Shown: positions 53,601-64,000 of the stretch, in pieces
How the letters are laid out: each line of letters begins with the position of its first letter
How positions within the stretch are numbered: the stretch's first letter is position 1
Assembly (NCBI GenBank): GCA_964247055.1
Contig: OZ176053.1
Coordinates: 13,640,001 to 13,704,000, forward strand
DNA from: Paragordius varius
Lineage: Eukaryota; Animalia; Nematomorpha
Direction: 5' to 3'
Length of the DNA: 64,000 bases
The notes under the pieces: model-generated
Database searches by the model: none
What the model was told of the DNA's origin: nothing
Seen by the model: only the letters and a program-made list of their open reading frames with translations
Made by a program: the position numbers and the translations under genes

Positions 53601-56600
53601 TCAAAATATAGAGATAGTTTGGCAAACTCTTTCATATCCGATTTTTACAACGATACTTTAAAAATTAATGTATAAAACTAGTCGCATCAATACTAAAGTT
53701 AAACTTTGTCCTTAAAAATCGGATATTGGTCACCGGTGAACAAAATAATTTTTTATACATTCTCTTAGTAAGACTACATCAAAATATAGAAATAGTTTGA
53801 CAAACACTTTCATATCCGATTTTTACAACGATACTTTAAAAATTAATGTATAAAACTAGTCGCATCAATACTAAAGTTAAACTTTGTCATTAAAAATCGG
53901 ATATTGGTCACCGGTGAACAAAATAATTTTTTATACATTCTCTTAGTAAGACTACATCAAATTATAGAGATAGTTTGACAAACTCTTTCATATCCGATTT
54001 TTACAATTAAACCAGTCGCATCCATACTCAAGTTAAACTTTGTCCTTAAAAATCGAATATTGGTCACCGGTGAACAAAATTATTTTTTATACATTCTCTT
54101 AGTAAAACTACATCAAAATATAGAGATAGTTTGACAAACTCTTTCATATCCGATTTTTACAACGATACTTTAAAAATTAATGTGTTAAACTAGTCGCATA
54201 AATACTCAAGTTAAACTTTGTCCTTAAAAATCGGATATTGGTCACCGGTGAACAAAATAATTTTTTATACATTCTCTTAGTAAGACTACATCAAAATATA
54301 GAGATAGTTTGACAAACTCTTTCATATCCGATTTTTACAACGATACTTTAAAAATTAATGTATAAAACTAGTCGTATCAATAAATCGCATCAATACTCAA
54401 GTTAAACTTTGTCCTTAAAAATCGGATATTGGTCACCGGTGAACAAAATTATTTTTTATACATTCTCTTAGTAGGACTACATCAAAATTAAGAGATAGTT
54501 TGGCAAACTCTTTCATATCCGATTTTTACAACGATACTTTAAAAATTAATGTATAAAACTAGTCGCATCAATACTAAAGTTAAACTTTGTCCTTAAAAAT
54601 CGGATATTGGTCACCGGTGAACAAAATAATTTTTTATACATTCTCTTAGTAAGACTACATCAAAATATAGAAATAGTTTGACAAACACTTTCATATCCGA
54701 TTTTTACAACGATACTTTATAAATTAATGTATTAAACTAGTCGCATCACTACTCATGTTAAACTTTGTCCTTAAAAATCGGATATTGGTCACGGGTGAAC
54801 AAAATTATTTTTTATACATTCTCTTAGTAAGACTACATCAAATTATAGAGATAGTTTGACAAACTCTTTCATATCCGATTTTTACAATTAAACCAGTCGC
54901 ATCAATACTCAAGTTAAACTTTGTCCTTAAAAATCGGATATTGGTCACCGGTGAACAAAATTATTTTTTATACATTCTCTTAGTAGGATTACATATAAAT
55001 ATAGAGATAGTTTGACAAACTCTTTCATATCCGATTTTTACAACGATACTTTAAAAATTAATGTATTAAACTAGTCGCATCAATACTCAAGTTAAACTTT
55101 GTCCTTAAAAATCGGATATTGGTCACCGGTGAACAAAATTATTTTTTATACATTCTCTTAGTAAGACTACATCAAAATATAGAGATTGTTTGACAAACTC
55201 TTTCATATCCGATTTTTACAACGATACTTTAAAAATTATGGTATTAAACCAGTCGCATCAATACTCAAGTTAAACTTTGTCCTTAAAAATCGGATATTGG
55301 TCACCGGTGAACAAAATTTTTTTTATACATTCTCTTAGTAGGACTACATATAAATATAGAGATAGTTTGACAAACTCTTTCATATCCGATTTTTACAATT
55401 AAACCAGTCGCATCAATACTCAAGTTAAACTTTGTCCTTAAAAATCGGATATTGGTCACCGGTGAACAAAATTATTTTTTATACATTCTCTTAGTAGGAC
55501 TACATCAAAATTAAGAGATAGTTTGGCAAACTCTTTCATATCCGATTTTTACAACGATACTTTAAAAATTAATGTATAAAACTAGTCGCATCAATACTAA
55601 AGTTAAACTTTGTCCTTAAAAATCGGATATTGGTCACCGGTGAACAAAATTATTTTTTATACATTATCTTAGTAAAACTACATCAAAATATAGAGATAGT
55701 TTGACAAACTCTTTCATATCCGATTTTTACAACGATACTTTAAAAATTAATGTATAAAACTAGTCGCATCAATATTCATGTTAAACTTTGTCCTTAAAAA
55801 TCGGATATTGGTCACGGGTGAACAAAATTATTTTTTATACATTCTCTTAGTAAGACTACATCAAATTATAGAGATAGTTGGACAAACTCTTTCATATCCG
55901 ATTTTTACAATTAAACCAGTCGCATCAATACTCAAGTTAAACTTTGTCCTTAAAAATCGGATATTGGTCACCGGTGAACAAAATTATTTTTTATACATTC
56001 TCTTAGTAGGATTACATATAAATATAGAGATAGTTTGACAAACTCTTTCATATCCGATTTTTACAACGATACTTTAAAAATTAATGTATTAAACTAGTCG
56101 CATCAATACTCAAGTTAAACTTTGTCCTTAAAAATCGGATATTGGTCACCGGTGAACAAAATTATTTTTTATACATTCTCTTAGTAAGACTACATCAAAA
56201 TATAGAGATTGTTTGACAAACTCTTTCATATCCGATTTTTACAACGATACTTTAAAAATTATGGTATTAAACCAGTCGCATCAATACTCAAGTTAAACTT
56301 TGTCCTTAAAAATCGGATATTGGTCACCGGTGAACAAAATTTTTTTTATACATTCTCTTAGTAGGACTACATATAAATATAGAGATAGTTTGACAAACTC
56401 TTTCATATCCGATTTTTACAATTAAACCAGTCGCATCAATACTCAAGTTAAACTTTGTCCTTAAAAATCGGATATTGGTCACCGGTGAACAAAATTATTT
56501 TTTATACATTCTCTTAGTAGGACTATATATAAATATAGAGATAGTTTGACAAACTCTTTCATATCCGATTTTTACAACGATACTTTAAAAATTAATGTAT

Positions 56601-59600
56601 TAAACTAGTCGCATCAATACTCAAGTTAAACTTTGTCCTTAAAAATCGGATATTGGTCACCGGTGAACATAATTATTTTTTATACATTCTCTTAGTAAGA
56701 CTACATCAAAATATAGAGATTGTTTGACAAACTCTTTCATATCCGATTTTTACAACGATACTTTATAAATTAATGTATAAAACTAGTCGTATCAATAAAT
56801 CGCATCAATACTCAAGTTAAACTTTGTCCTTAAAAATCGGATATTGGTCACCGGTGAACAAAATTATTTTTTATACATTCTCTTAGTAGGACTACATCAA
56901 AATTAAGAGATAGTTTGGCAAACTCTTTCATATCCGATTTTTACAACGATACTTTAAAAATTAATGTATAAAACTAGTCGCATCAATACTAAAGTTAAAC
57001 TTTGTCATTAAAAATCGGATATTGGTCACCGGTGAACAAAATAATTTTTTATACATTCTCTTAGTAAGACTACATCAAAATATAGAAATAGTTTGACAAA
57101 CACTTTCATATCCGATTTTTACAACGATACTTTAAAAATTAATGTATTAAACTAGTCGCATCAATACTCATGTTAAACTTTGTCCTTAAAAATCGGATAT
57201 TGGTCACGGGTGAACAAAATTATTTTTTATACATTCTCTTAGTAAGACTACATCAAATTATAGAGATAGTTTGACAAACTCTTTCATATCCGATTTTTAC
57301 AATTAAACCAGTCGCATCAATACTCAAGTTAAACTTTGTCCTTAAAAATCGGATATTGGTCACCGGTGAACAAAATTATTTTTTATACATTCTCTTAGTA
57401 GGACTACATATAAATATAGAGATAGTTTGACAAACTCTTTCATATCCGATTTTTACAACGATACTTTAAAAATTAATGTATTAAACTAGTCGCATCAATA
57501 CTCAAGTTAAACTTTGTCCTTAAAAATCGGATATTGGTCACCGGTGAACAAAATTATTTTTTATACATTCTCTTAGTAAGACTACATCAAAATATAGAGA
57601 ATGTTTGACAAACTCTTTCATATCCGATTTTTACAACGATACTTTATAAATTAATGTATAAAACTAGTCGTATCAATAAATCGCATCAATACTCAAGTTA
57701 AACTTTGTCCTTAAAAATCGGATATTGGTCACCGGTAAACAAAATTATTTTTTATACATTCTCTTAGTAGGACTACATCAAAATATAGAGATAGTTTGGC
57801 AAACTCTTTCATATCCGATTTTTACAACGATACTTTATAATGTATAAAACTAGTCGCATCAATACTAAAGTTAAACTTTGTCCTTAAAAATCGGATATTG
57901 GTCACCGGTGAACAAAATAATTTTTTATACATTCTCTTAGTAAGACTACATCAAAATATAGAAATAGTTTGACAAACACTTTCATATCCGATTTTTACAA
58001 CGATACTTTAAAAATTAATGTATTTAACTAGTCGCATCAATACTCATGTTAAACTTTGTCCTTAAAAATCGGATATTGGTCACGGGTGAACAAAATTATT
58101 TTTTATACATTCTCTTAGTAAGACTACATCAAAATATAGAGATTGTTTGACAAACTCTTTCATATCCGATTTTTACAACGATACTTTATAAATTAATGTA
58201 TAAAACTAGTCGTATCAATAAATCGCATCAATACTCAAGTTAAACTTTGTCCTTAAAAATCGGATATTGGTCACCGGTGAACAAAATTATTTTTTATACA
58301 TTCTCTTAGTAGGACTACATCAAAATTAAGAGATAGTTTGGCAAACTCTTTCATATCCGATTTTTACAACGATACTTTAAAAATTAATGTATAAAACTAG
58401 TCGCATCAATACTCAAGTTAAACTTTGTCCTTAAAAATCGGATATTGGTCACCGGTGAACAAAATTATTTTTTATACATTCTCTTAGTAAGACTACATCA
58501 AATTATAGAGATAGTTTGACAAACTCTTTCATATCCGATTTTTACAATTAAACCAGTCGCATCAATACTCAAGTTAAACTTTGTCCTTAAAAATCGGATA
58601 TTGGTCACCGGTGAACAAAATTATTTTTTATACATTCTCTTAGTAGGACTACATATAAATATAGAGATAGTTTGACAAACTCTTTCATATCCGATTTTTA
58701 CAACGATACTTTAAAAATTAATGTATTAAACTAGTCGCATAAATACTCAAGTTAAACTTTGTCCTTAAAAATCGGATATTGGTCACCGGTGAACAAAATA
58801 ATTTTTTATACATTCTCTTAGTAAGACTACATCAAAATATAGAGATAGTTTGACAAACTCTTTCATATCCGATTTTTACAACGATACTTTAAAAATTAAT
58901 GTATAAAACTAGTCGTATCAATAAATCGCATCAATACTCAAGTTAAACTTTGTCCTTAAAAATCGGATATTGGTCACCGGTGAACAAAATTATTTTTTAT
59001 ACATTCTCTTAGTAGGACTACATCAAAATTAAGAGATAGTTTGGCAAACTCTTTCATATCCGATTTTTACAACGATACTTTAAAAATTAATGTATAAAAC
59101 TAGTCGCATCAATACTAAAGTTAAACTTTGTCCTTAAAAATCGGATATTGGTCACCGGTGAACAAAATAATTTTTTATACATTCTCTTAGTAAGACTACA
59201 TCAAAATATAGAAATAGTTTGACAAACACTTTCATATCCGATTTTTACAACGATACTTTATAAATTAATGTATTAAACTAGTCGCATCACTACTCATGTT
59301 AAACTTTGTCCTTAAAAATCGGATATTGGTCACGGGTGAACAAAATTATTTTTTATACATTCTCTTAGTAAGACTACATCAAATTATAGAGATAGTTTGA
59401 CAAACTCTTTCATATCCGATTTTTACAATTAAACCAGTCGCATCAATACTCTAGTTAAACTTTGTCCTTAAAAATCGGATATTGGTCACCGGTGAACAAA
59501 ATTATTTTTTATACATTATCTTAGTAAAACTACATCAAAATATAGAGATAGTTTGACAAACTCTTTCATATCCGATTTTTACAACGATACTTTAAAAATT

Positions 59601-62600
59601 AATGTATAAAACTAGTCGCATCAATATTCATGTTAAACTTTGTCCTTAAAAATCGGATATTGGTCACGGGTGAACAAAATTATTTTTTATACATTCTCTT
59701 AGTAAGACTACATCAAATTATAGAGATAGTTTGACAAACTCTTTCATATCCGATTTTTACAATTAAACCAGTCGCATCAATACTCAAGTTAAACTTTGTC
59801 CTTAAAAATCGGATATTGGTCACCGGTGAACAAAATTATTTTTTATACATTCTCTTAGTAGGATTACATATAAATATAGAGATAGTTTGACAAACTCTTT
59901 CATATCCGATTTTTACAACGATACTTTAAAAATTAATGTATTAAACTAGTCGCATCAATACTCAAGTTAAACTTTGTCCTTAAAAATCGGATATTGGTCA
60001 CCGGTGAACAAAATTATTTTTTATACATTCTCTTAGTAAGACTACATCAAAATATAGAGATTGTTTGACAAACTCTTTCATATCCGATTTTTACAACGAT
60101 ACTTTATAAATTAATGTATAAAACTAGTCGTATCAATACTAAAGTTAAACTTTGTCCTTAAAAATCGGATATTGGTCACCGGTGAACAAAATTATTTTTT
60201 ATACATTCTCTTAGTAGCACTACATATAAATATAGAGATAGTTTGACAAACTCTTTCATATCCGATTTTTACAACGATACTTTAAAAATTAATGTATTAA
60301 ACTAGTCGCATCAATACTCAAGTTAAACTTTGTCCTTAAAAATCGGATATTGGTCACCGGTGAACAAAATAATTTTTTATACATTCTCTTAGTAAGACTA
60401 CATCAAAATATAGAAATAGTTTGACAAACACTTTCATATCCGATTTTTACAACGATACTTTAAAAATTAATGTATTAAACTAGTCGCATCAATACTCATG
60501 TTAAACTTTGTCCTTAAAAATCGGATATTGGTCACGGGTGAACAAAATTATTTTTTATACATTCTCTTAGTAAGACTACATCAAATTATAGAGATAGTTT
60601 GACAAACTCTTTTATATCCGATTTTTACAATTAAACCAGTCGCATCAATACTCAAGTTAAACTTTGTCCTTAAAAATCGGATATTGGTCACCGGTGAACA
60701 AAATTATTTTTTATACATTCTCTTAGTAAAACTACATCAAAATATAGAGATAGTTTGACAAACTCTTTCATATCCGATTTTTACAACGATACTTTAAAAA
60801 TTAATGTGTTAAACTAGTCGCATCAATACTCAAGTTAAACTTTGTCCTTAAAAATCGGATATTAGTCACCGGTGAACAAAATTATTTTTTATACATTCTC
60901 TTAGTAAGACTACATCAAAATATAGAGATAGTTTGACAAACTCTTTCATATCCGATTTTTACAACGATACTTTAAAAATTAATGTATAAAACTAGTCGTA
61001 TCAATAAATCGCATCAATACTCAAGTTAAACTTTGTCCTTAAAAATCGGATATTGGTCACCGGTGAACAAAATTATTTTTTATACATTCTCTTAGTAGGA
61101 CTACATCAAAATTAAGAGATAGTTTGGCAAACTCTTTCATATCCGATTTTTACAACGATACTTTAAAAATTAATGTATAAAACTAGTCGCATCAATACTA
61201 AAGTTAAACTTTGTCCTTAAAAATCGGATATTGGTCACCGGTGAACAAAATAATTTTTTATACATTTTCTTAGTAAGACTACATCAAAATATAGAAATAG
61301 TTTGACAAACACTTTCATATCCGATTTTTACAACGATACTTTAAAAATTAATGTATTAAACTAGTCGCATCAATACTCATGTTAAACTTTGTCCTTAAAA
61401 ATCGGATATTGGTCACCGGTGAACAAAATTATTTTTTATACATTCTCTTAGTAAGACTACATCAAAATATAGAGATAGTTTGACAAACTCTTTCATATCC
61501 GATTTTTACAACGATACTTTAAAAATTAATGTATAAAACTAGTCGCATGATTACTCAAGTTAAACTTTGTCCTTAAAAATCGGATATTGGTCACCGGTGA
61601 ACAAAATTATTTTTTATACATTCTCTTAGTACTACATCAAAATATAGAGATAGTTTGACAAACTCTTTCATATCCGATTTTTACAACGATACTTTATAAA
61701 TTAATGTATAAAACTAGTCGTATCAATAAATCGCATCAATACTCAAGTTAAACTTTGTCCTTAAAAATCGGATATTGGTCACCGGTGAACAAAATTATTT
61801 TTTATACATTCTCTTAGTAGGACTACATCAAAATATAGAGATAGTTTGGCAAACTCTTTCATATCCGATTTTTACAACGATACTTTAAAAATTAATGTAT
61901 AAAACTAGTCGTTATAAATCGCATCAATACTCAAGTTAAACTTTGTCCTTAAAAATCGGATATTGGTCACCGGTGAACAAAATTATTTTTTATACATTCT
62001 CTTAGTAAGACTACATCAAAATATAGAGATAGTTTGACAAACTCTTTCATATCCGATTTTTACAACGATACTTTAAAAATTAATGTATAAAACTAGTCGC
62101 ATGATTACTCAAGTTAAACTTTGTCCTTAAAAATCGGATATTGGTCACCGGTGAACAAAATTATTTTTTATACATTCTCTTAGTAGGACTACATCAAAAT
62201 ATAGAGATAGTTTGACAAACTCTTTCATATCCGATTTTTACAATTAAACCAGTCGCATCAATACTCAAGTTAAACTTTGTCCTTAAAAATCGGATATTGG
62301 TCACCGGTGAACAAAATTATTTTTTATACATTCTCTTTGTAAGACTACATCAAAATATAGAGATAGTTTGACAAACTCTTTCATATCCGATTTTTACAAC
62401 GATACTTTAAAAATTAATGTATAAAACTAGTCGCATGATTACTCAAGTTAAACTTTGTCCTTAAAAATCGGATATTGGTCACCGGTGAACAAAATTATTT
62501 TTTATACATTCTCTTAGTAGGACTACATCAAAATATAGAGATAGTTTGACAAACTCTTTCATATCCGATTTTTACAACGATACTTTATAAATTAATGTAT

Positions 62601-64000
62601 AAAACTAGTCGTATCAATAAATCGCATCAATACTCAAGTTAAACTTTGTCCTTAAAAATCGGATATTGGTCACCGGTGAACAAAATTATTTTTTATACAT
62701 TCTCTTAGTAGGACTACATCAAAATATAGAGATAGTTTGGCAAACTCTTTCATACCCGATTTTTACAACGATACTTTAAAAATTAATGTATAAAACTAGT
62801 CGTATCAATAAATCGCATCAACACTCAAGTTAAACTTTGTCCTTAAAAATCGAATATTGGTCACCGGTGGACAAAATGATTTATTATACATTCTCTCAGT
62901 AAGACTACATCAAAATATAGAGATAGTTTGACAAACTCTTTCATATCCGATTTTTACAACGATACTTTAAAAATAATGTGTTAAACTAGTCGCATCAATA
63001 CTCAAGTTAAACTTTGTCCTTAAAAATCGGATATTGGTCACCGGTGAACAAAATTATTTTTTATACATTCTCTTAGTAAGACTACATCAAAATATAGAGA
63101 TAGTTTGACAAACTCTTTCATATCCGATTTTTACAACGATACTTTAAAAATTAATGTATAAAACTAGTCGTATCAATGAATCGCATCAATACTCAAGTTA
63201 AACTTTGTCCTTAAAAATCGGATATTGGTCACCGGTGAACAAAATTATTTTTTATACATTCTCTTAGTAGGACTACATCAAAATATAGAGATAGTTTGAC
63301 AAACTCTTTCATATCCGATTTTTACAACGATACTTTAAAAATTAATGTATAAAACTAGTCGCATCAATACTAAAGTTAAACTTTGTCCTTAAAAATCGGA
63401 TATTGGTCACCGGTGAACAAAATAATTTTTGATACATTCTCTTAGTAAGACTACATCAAAATATAGAAATAGTTTGACAAACACTTTCATATCCGATTTT
63501 TACAACGATACTTTAAAAATTAATGTATAAAACTAGTCGCATCAATACTAAAGTTAAACTTTGTCATTAAAAATCGGATATTGGTCACCGGTGAACAAAA
63601 TAATTTTTTATACATTCTCTTAGTAAGACTACATCAAATTATAGAGATAGTTTGACAAACTCTTTCATATCCGATTTTTACAATTAAACCAGTCGCATCC
63701 ATACTCAAGTTAAACTTTGTCCTTAAAAATCGAATATTGGTCACCGGTGAACAAAATTATTTTTTATACATTCTCTTAGTAAAACTACATCAAAATATAG
63801 AGATAGTTTGACAAACTCTTTCATATCCGATTTTTACAACGATACTTTAAAAATTAATGTGTTAAACTAGTCGCATAAATACTCAAGTTAAACTTTGTCC
63901 TTAAAAATCGGATATTGGTCACCGGTGAACAAAATAATTTTTTATACATTCTCTTAGTAAGACTACATCAAAATATAGAGATAGTTTGACAAACTCTTTC
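38600..64000 (-). repeat. HOR domain 2: second variant family with an 881-bp 5-mer core (191+178+178+156+178) and a trimer of about 512 bp
   Basis: Markers actaaagtt, caaacactttc, ggtcacgggtg and the 22-bp deletion first appear at about 38760-39073. Deletion junction spacings are 882/881 (39073-39955-40836), 881/881 (53125-54006-54887) and 511-512 (54887-55398-55910-56421). Confidence 0.87.
38951..39106 (-). repeat. First 156-bp monomer (22-bp deletion class)
   Basis: tttgtcc at 38951 and 39107. It reads tttttacaa|ttaaaccagtc and lacks cgatactttaaaaattatggta. About 25 copies were counted between 39073 and 63683. Confidence 0.93.

Larger units (their letters stand above)
1..64000. repeat. Tandem satellite DNA array (156/178/191-bp monomers), centromere-like; runs off both window ends
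   Basis: The same unit (acaaagtttaacttgagtattgatgcgact...tcaccggtgaccaatatccgatttttaagg, or its reverse complement) recurs without interruption. No unique sequence was seen. 'Centromere-like' is inferred from monomer size and HOR structure only. Confidence 0.98.
6165..64000 (-). repeat. Right sub-array, monomers reverse-complemented relative to the left sub-array
   Basis: From 6165 the sequence reads actctttcatatc..gatttttacaacgatac...aaactttgtcc, the reverse complement of the left monomer. I saw no further switch up to 64000. Confidence 0.96.

Noticed and set aside
55778-56038. 86-aa ORF as a real gene
   Set aside because: It lies entirely within satellite monomers and depends on a private SNP. 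It is kept only as a low-interest curiosity.
1-64000. CRISPR array or other repeat-spacer system
   Set aside because: There are no unique spacers. Sequence between the conserved dyads is itself repeated, and no cas-like ORFs are present.
1-64000. Identification as Arabidopsis CEN178 or another named satellite
   Set aside because: Only the 178-bp length matches, and I do not recognise the sequence. A search of the consensus against nt, Repbase or satellite databases is needed.
1-64000. Promoter- or terminator-like AT motifs (tataaa, hairpins followed by T-runs)
   Set aside because: These are expected by chance at about 72% AT, recur in every monomer, and have no associated gene.

Overview
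The whole 64-kb window is one AT-rich tandem satellite array, most likely eukaryotic centromeric or pericentromeric. It holds roughly 350 monomers, and the first monomer is about 28% GC. I found no credible genes, RNA genes, transposons or CRISPR spacers. Monomers fall into three length classes: 178 bp (basic), 191 bp (internal 13-bp duplication) and 156 bp (22-bp deletion, seen only right of about 39 kb). The array flips orientation once, at 6164/6165, giving a head-to-head junction with a 50-bp unpaired centre. Right of the junction it is layered. A diverged zone (about 6.2-8.6 kb) is followed by a very homogeneous higher-order-repeat (HOR) domain built from nested 560-, 915- and 2963-bp modules (about 8.6-34.8 kb). 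Then come a transition zone (about 34.8-38.6 kb) and a second HOR family with an 881-bp 5-mer core and its own diagnostic variants (about 38.6-64 kb). Each monomer carries a 14-bp inverted repeat and several short dyads, and several mutations hit these symmetric elements in a patterned way. All offsets were counted by eye from line coordinates, with no alignment run. I could not identify the species or satellite family. I see no evidence of a new gene-based system; the interest lies in the repeat architecture.
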